This document shows positions 59,773-64,000 of a stretch of DNA of 64,000 bases, piece after piece. Position 1 is the first letter of the stretch, and each line of letters starts with the position of its first letter. The DNA is from the human T2T-CHM13v2.0 reference genome, Homo sapiens, in NCBI RefSeq assembly GCF_009914755.1, contig NC_060927.1. One strand, written 5' to 3'. Under the pieces are notes generated by a model that was given only the letters and a program-made list of their open reading frames with translations, searched no databases and had not been told where the DNA came from. A program made the translations under genes and the position numbers.

Positions 59773-59774
<2 letters not shown>

Positions 59775-59816
<42 letters not shown>
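59775..59816. repeat. (GT)n microsatellite, ~21 units
   Basis: Seen directly. Confidence 0.95.
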
Positions 59817-59817
<1 letters not shown>

Positions 59818-62800
59818 TGTTCCATTACTTGAGGTCTGTGCTATGTGGCTGCATTATTAAGATATACTTTTGGTACTGATAAATACGTAAACCAAAGACA
59901 GATCTATCTCATAATGAATTTATGGTCCTTTAGTAAAAGATTGTAGCAAAATTCCAGGGCATGGTTTTATCCCACTCAATTCATGCAAAATCTATTGAGC
60001 AATATCTATTCAAGGCCTGGCACTCTGAGCAAGCAATGGGAATCCAAAGATGGAAGAGGATTCAGCAAAGGGAGTGGAGGTGGGCAGACATCTAAAACAC
60101 AATAACAGGAGAGACTGAGATTCCAGCAATTGCTGTGTGTCGAAGGCAGGATAAGCAGCTCAAAGGGTGTGTGATTACCTCTACTGATGTAAGCACTACA
60201 CAGAAATCTTAGAGGCTGCAAGATGGCAGCCAGTGGCATGGGTTAGGGACAAACAATCCTACTTTGGAAAAGTGAGGCTAAAAGAGAAGTTTTCACATAA
60301 AAATCCAGATTTCTGGCTTTTCTTGAAAAAAGTACAAGACCTGGCAACACCTGATAACCATAGGACAGAGCTAAGGCATTGACTCACTACTTCCCAAGAG
60401 TCCCCATTCAATGAGCCAGGCCACTGTAGGGATCTGAGCTTGCAAGCCCTGTCTTAGAATAAAGACAGAGTCTTCAGAATTTTAGATTCTGGGTCTCAAG
60501 AGGAGAAACAAAGGGTAAGGGATGAGCATTCTCTGAGATTTACTTTCCTGGAAATAAAACAGCAAAAGCCAAAAGAATCGTTTCTCTTGCATCACTTGAC
60601 CCTGGGTGGACAAGGCTGACTCATTCAGTCATCTGTGTTGCTCGTAAGCACTTGGGAGTACAGCTTGCTGATATGGCCTAAGAGGAAACATTTCACAGAC
60701 TCCAAGCATATGGTCAATTTGGGATGAAGCAGCTCACCGTAACTCTCAACAACCCACTGCATCTCTTCTAAGAATCACTGGAGGAATCTGTTCTAGAACA
60801 AGGACTGCAGTAGCCTTGGCTAAGTCAGCAGCTAGAGAAGTGGGCCCTGGCCTGAGGGGCTCATTACAGCACCACACACAGCCTCCTCCAGGCTTCTCAT
60901 GCCTGCCCTCCCACTGTTTCTCTTTGGACACCACGTTCCACTTGTTCCACAATGTCAATAGTGGGAAGGCCCTTCCCACTTTTTCACTCCCTATTCCAGT
61001 CTACCCATCATGCCCAACCTAGAGCAAATGACAGCCGCAGAGCCTCCTCTTCTAAAGCACTCTCATTAACAAATTCCAGGTTAGAGATGCAAACCAAGAC
61101 CTGTAGACTTACCTGGGCAATTATATAATTTGCACATATATTTTGCAGCTCCCTAGTAGATAGATAAGTTTCTTGAGATCTAGGAGCTCCTTAGAGTCAT
61201 CTTTGCATAGTGAAATTACATATACATATTTACCTTAGAAAAATCCAAACAAAAGGGATAAATGTTTACCACTTAAAACAGTGCCAGTTATTCTATTCAA
61301 TAGGCAGATGTGCCCCAGAATGAACTCGAGAAGGGAGGCGTGGAGTTCCTGTTCCCTCAATGCCAATTCCCACAAATGCTTCCCTAGGTGCAAAAATTTC
61401 ACCATCCTAGGTGTGATTCCAATGAGTACTCACTATAAACCCAAACCAGCTTACCTCCCCTTGGGGTTCACTGTTGGAAAAGCAATCTGATCTAGTCCTG
61501 AAGGAAGACATGCATTGGTCAGGTAGAGAGATGCCACAGTATTACATTTTATATGCACTTCAAAAGATTTTCAAGGGTAACTTTGATTGTACACATTTTC
61601 CACCTTCCACAAGAATTTTAGAATTGCAGCCTCTGCATTAACTACAGGTCCTCTGTGTGCCCCCACCCTAATCCTAGGCCAAAAGGTGCCTGATAAATGT
61701 CCACAGAGCTCCCTAGTATGCTGGTCCCTGTACCATGTAAGGCATTACTCTACGGAAGCTGTCGCCAAAGGACTTCAACTCATTCATGATGAAAAACACA
61801 CCAATGACGCCCCTAGCTCCATGTGTGTACAACGACAATTCAACAGCTGAAAAATGGCCAGCACCATGCATTTTTGTACTGCAGTTACATCTATAACCAT
61901 AAAACAACCTAGAATTAAACCCACACTCATGAAACATCAGAAGTGACGTTTTAATAACTGACTTCTGTTAGCCATCAAGTTTCAAGATCTTTAGCAACTC
62001 ATTCTAAGGAAAACTACTTGAAAAAAATGAAGGATCACTTAACTATACTTAGAATTCAGAGTGAGTGCAACTATATTGTCTATTAAAAATCACTAAGTGT
62101 TCCAAAGAAAGAGTTGAGAAAATGAAGTACAAACTCTCTTTCTACTTATTCACTAAGTATTTCATATTCAGCTATTCATTCTTGAGTCAAAGTAACTTGA
62201 GTCAAAGTAACTGACTTGACTAAATTCAATACACTTAGAATTAAGAACAGTTTACAGTTAGATGTGTGGCTAGGCCTGCCATGGTAAAATGAAATGGCAG
62301 TTATTAGAATTTTCAGAAGAAAAGATCAGGTAATTTTTCAGGGATGTAAGTGAAATCTGTCAAAATGGCAGTGAGCTCAGAGGAATGTTACTGCACTTGA
62401 GAACTACTTTTGGAATGACTCATTAATAATTTAGTTAGACTGTCAACGATGCTCTCCAATTACTCAAATACTACTAGAAAACATTTCATTAGGAGATTTA
62501 AATAAACTCTTCCTGCCTCATGCTCATTACTCCCCATGTTTGCCCAAAAGAAATCAGGCCCAAGTTAAAAGCTGCCCCTCCAGAAACATTTCCTTGGTTT
62601 CCCTTCCAGTGAGAGGTGGCATCTCCTTCTCCCAAACTCCTGTGGCATGAGGCACATATCTCATTTACTTAATTAGACTGCAAGTGCTTGGAAGGCAGGC
62701 TCCACATTCAACTGAGCCTGGCATTTGCACTCTCTAACTTCCCACCACATAGAGCTCCTAGCACAATACTCTGAAAAGAGTACTCACTCAGCAAGTGTTA

Positions 62801-63222
62801 GTGAATGAGTGAGGGGATAAATGCAGGCTTGAGGGGTTCCGTCTGGTGTTTCTGGCATATCCCAAAGCCCAGTTATTTGTTAAAAATTTTATGTGAACCC
62901 TCCAAACACATTAGGTTGATATCGAAGTTTCACAGAGTCATCTCATGGTGATTCTTGGTAATGAAGTTCACTTGGGTCAACAATAATCTAGAATGTGTAT
63001 CTACATCTCTTTCAATGTGCTCCACTTGAAAAATATTAACCAAGTATTTCTTTCTCTTTTAAAAGCTAACTCATTTCATTTAACAGCATCTATAACTGTC
63101 AGAACTTTGGCAGACTTTGTGAAAAGTATCACTTTAACTGTCTGAATTAAAAATTAATCACAAAAGTCTTCCTTTGTTTTGTTTTTACTACTTAAACTCC
63201 CTATTGATAAAGAAAAAGTCCG

Positions 63223-63529
63223 TTTTTTTTTTGTTGTTGTTGTTTCTTGAGACAGGATCTCATTCTGTCACCCAGGCTGAAGTGCAATAACACAGTCACA
63301 TCCCAGGAGCCTCCAGCTCGTGGGCTCAAGTAATCCTCCCACCTCAGCCTCCCGGGTAGCTGGGACTACAGGCGTGCGCCACTACACCCAGCTAATTTTT
63401 AAAATTTTTAGTAGCTACTAGGTCTCTCTACTTTGCCCAGGCTGGTCTGGAACTTCTGAGCTCAAGAGAATCTTCTGCCTTGGTCTCCCAAAGTGCTGGG
63501 ATTATAGGTGTGAGCCACTGCACCTGGCC
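63223..63529 (-). mobile_element. AluJ-type SINE
   Basis: T/GTT tail; gggctcaagtaatcctcccacc; ends cacctggcc. Confidence 0.88.
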
Positions 63530-64000
63530 TTGATGTTTTTTTGTTTGCTTATTTTTAAGATCGTTGGAGTCTTTTCCCCATAATACAAAAAAAATGCAGT
63601 TATTGCATTTGCTAGGAGAGAAAATTCCTGTACTTTAAAATTATATTTTACAATGACTGCTTCCAACCTCCACCACTCCTCCCACCTAATACCATTGGGG
63701 CTAGAAGTGGGGATGATCCTCTTGATCATTTTTGCCTCATTTTACATGATAAATTATCAAACTTTTGCATTTTTTTAAAAAAGGCAGTTCCAAAGACTCA
63801 ACACAAAGTTACCTAAGGAATTTCCTTCTCTGGATCTGCTTGTCCAGGAGTTGAAATGTTCATTAAGTTCATCAGGCAGGCAGTTCAGGAACTCTGGATG
63901 AAAGTCAGCTCAAACCCAAGGAGACTGCCAACTTCCCTTTCTTGAAAACCCTCCTGCATACAAAGTCTCATTCCTCTCAACAGTTTGCTCATTTTTGTCT

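Noticed and set aside
61107-61500. Strong minus-strand donor motifs (CAG|GTAAGT at 61107-61115 and GAG|GTAAGC near 61450) as unannotated exons
   Set aside because: No convincing paired acceptor or raftlin-like peptide; isolated donor matches are expected in long introns.

Overview
This is primate, most likely human, genomic DNA lying entirely inside RFTN1 (raftlin, lipid raft linker 1), which is transcribed on the minus strand. Three internal coding exons are recoverable with canonical AG/GT boundaries and compatible phases: 42597-42489 (109 nt), 11286-10902 (385 nt) and 3463-3260 (204 nt). From memory of the gene these are probably exons 4-6, and they splice into one continuous raftlin reading frame. 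The rest is intron containing about 17 Alu elements or fragments, MaLR/ERVL LTRs, hAT and Tigger MITEs, L1/L2/MIR relics, microsatellites and an ~815-bp almost pure A/T repeat. All other ORFs in the track look like chance or repeat-derived frames. I found no convincing new multi-gene system. The best leads are: (1) a young ~297-bp tandem duplication next to the 109-nt exon; (2) a compact motif cluster at 48960-49160 built around a perfect 33-bp palindrome holding two GATA sites; (3) inverted AluY sequence bracketing the three exons, a possible circRNA scaffold; (4) the quasi-palindromic AT array; (5) a template-switch-like scar that displaced part of an Alu; and (6) a CpG-retaining non-repeat patch near 59.2 kb. 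Repeat subfamily names and exon numbers come from recognition, not database searches, and repeat boundaries are approximate.
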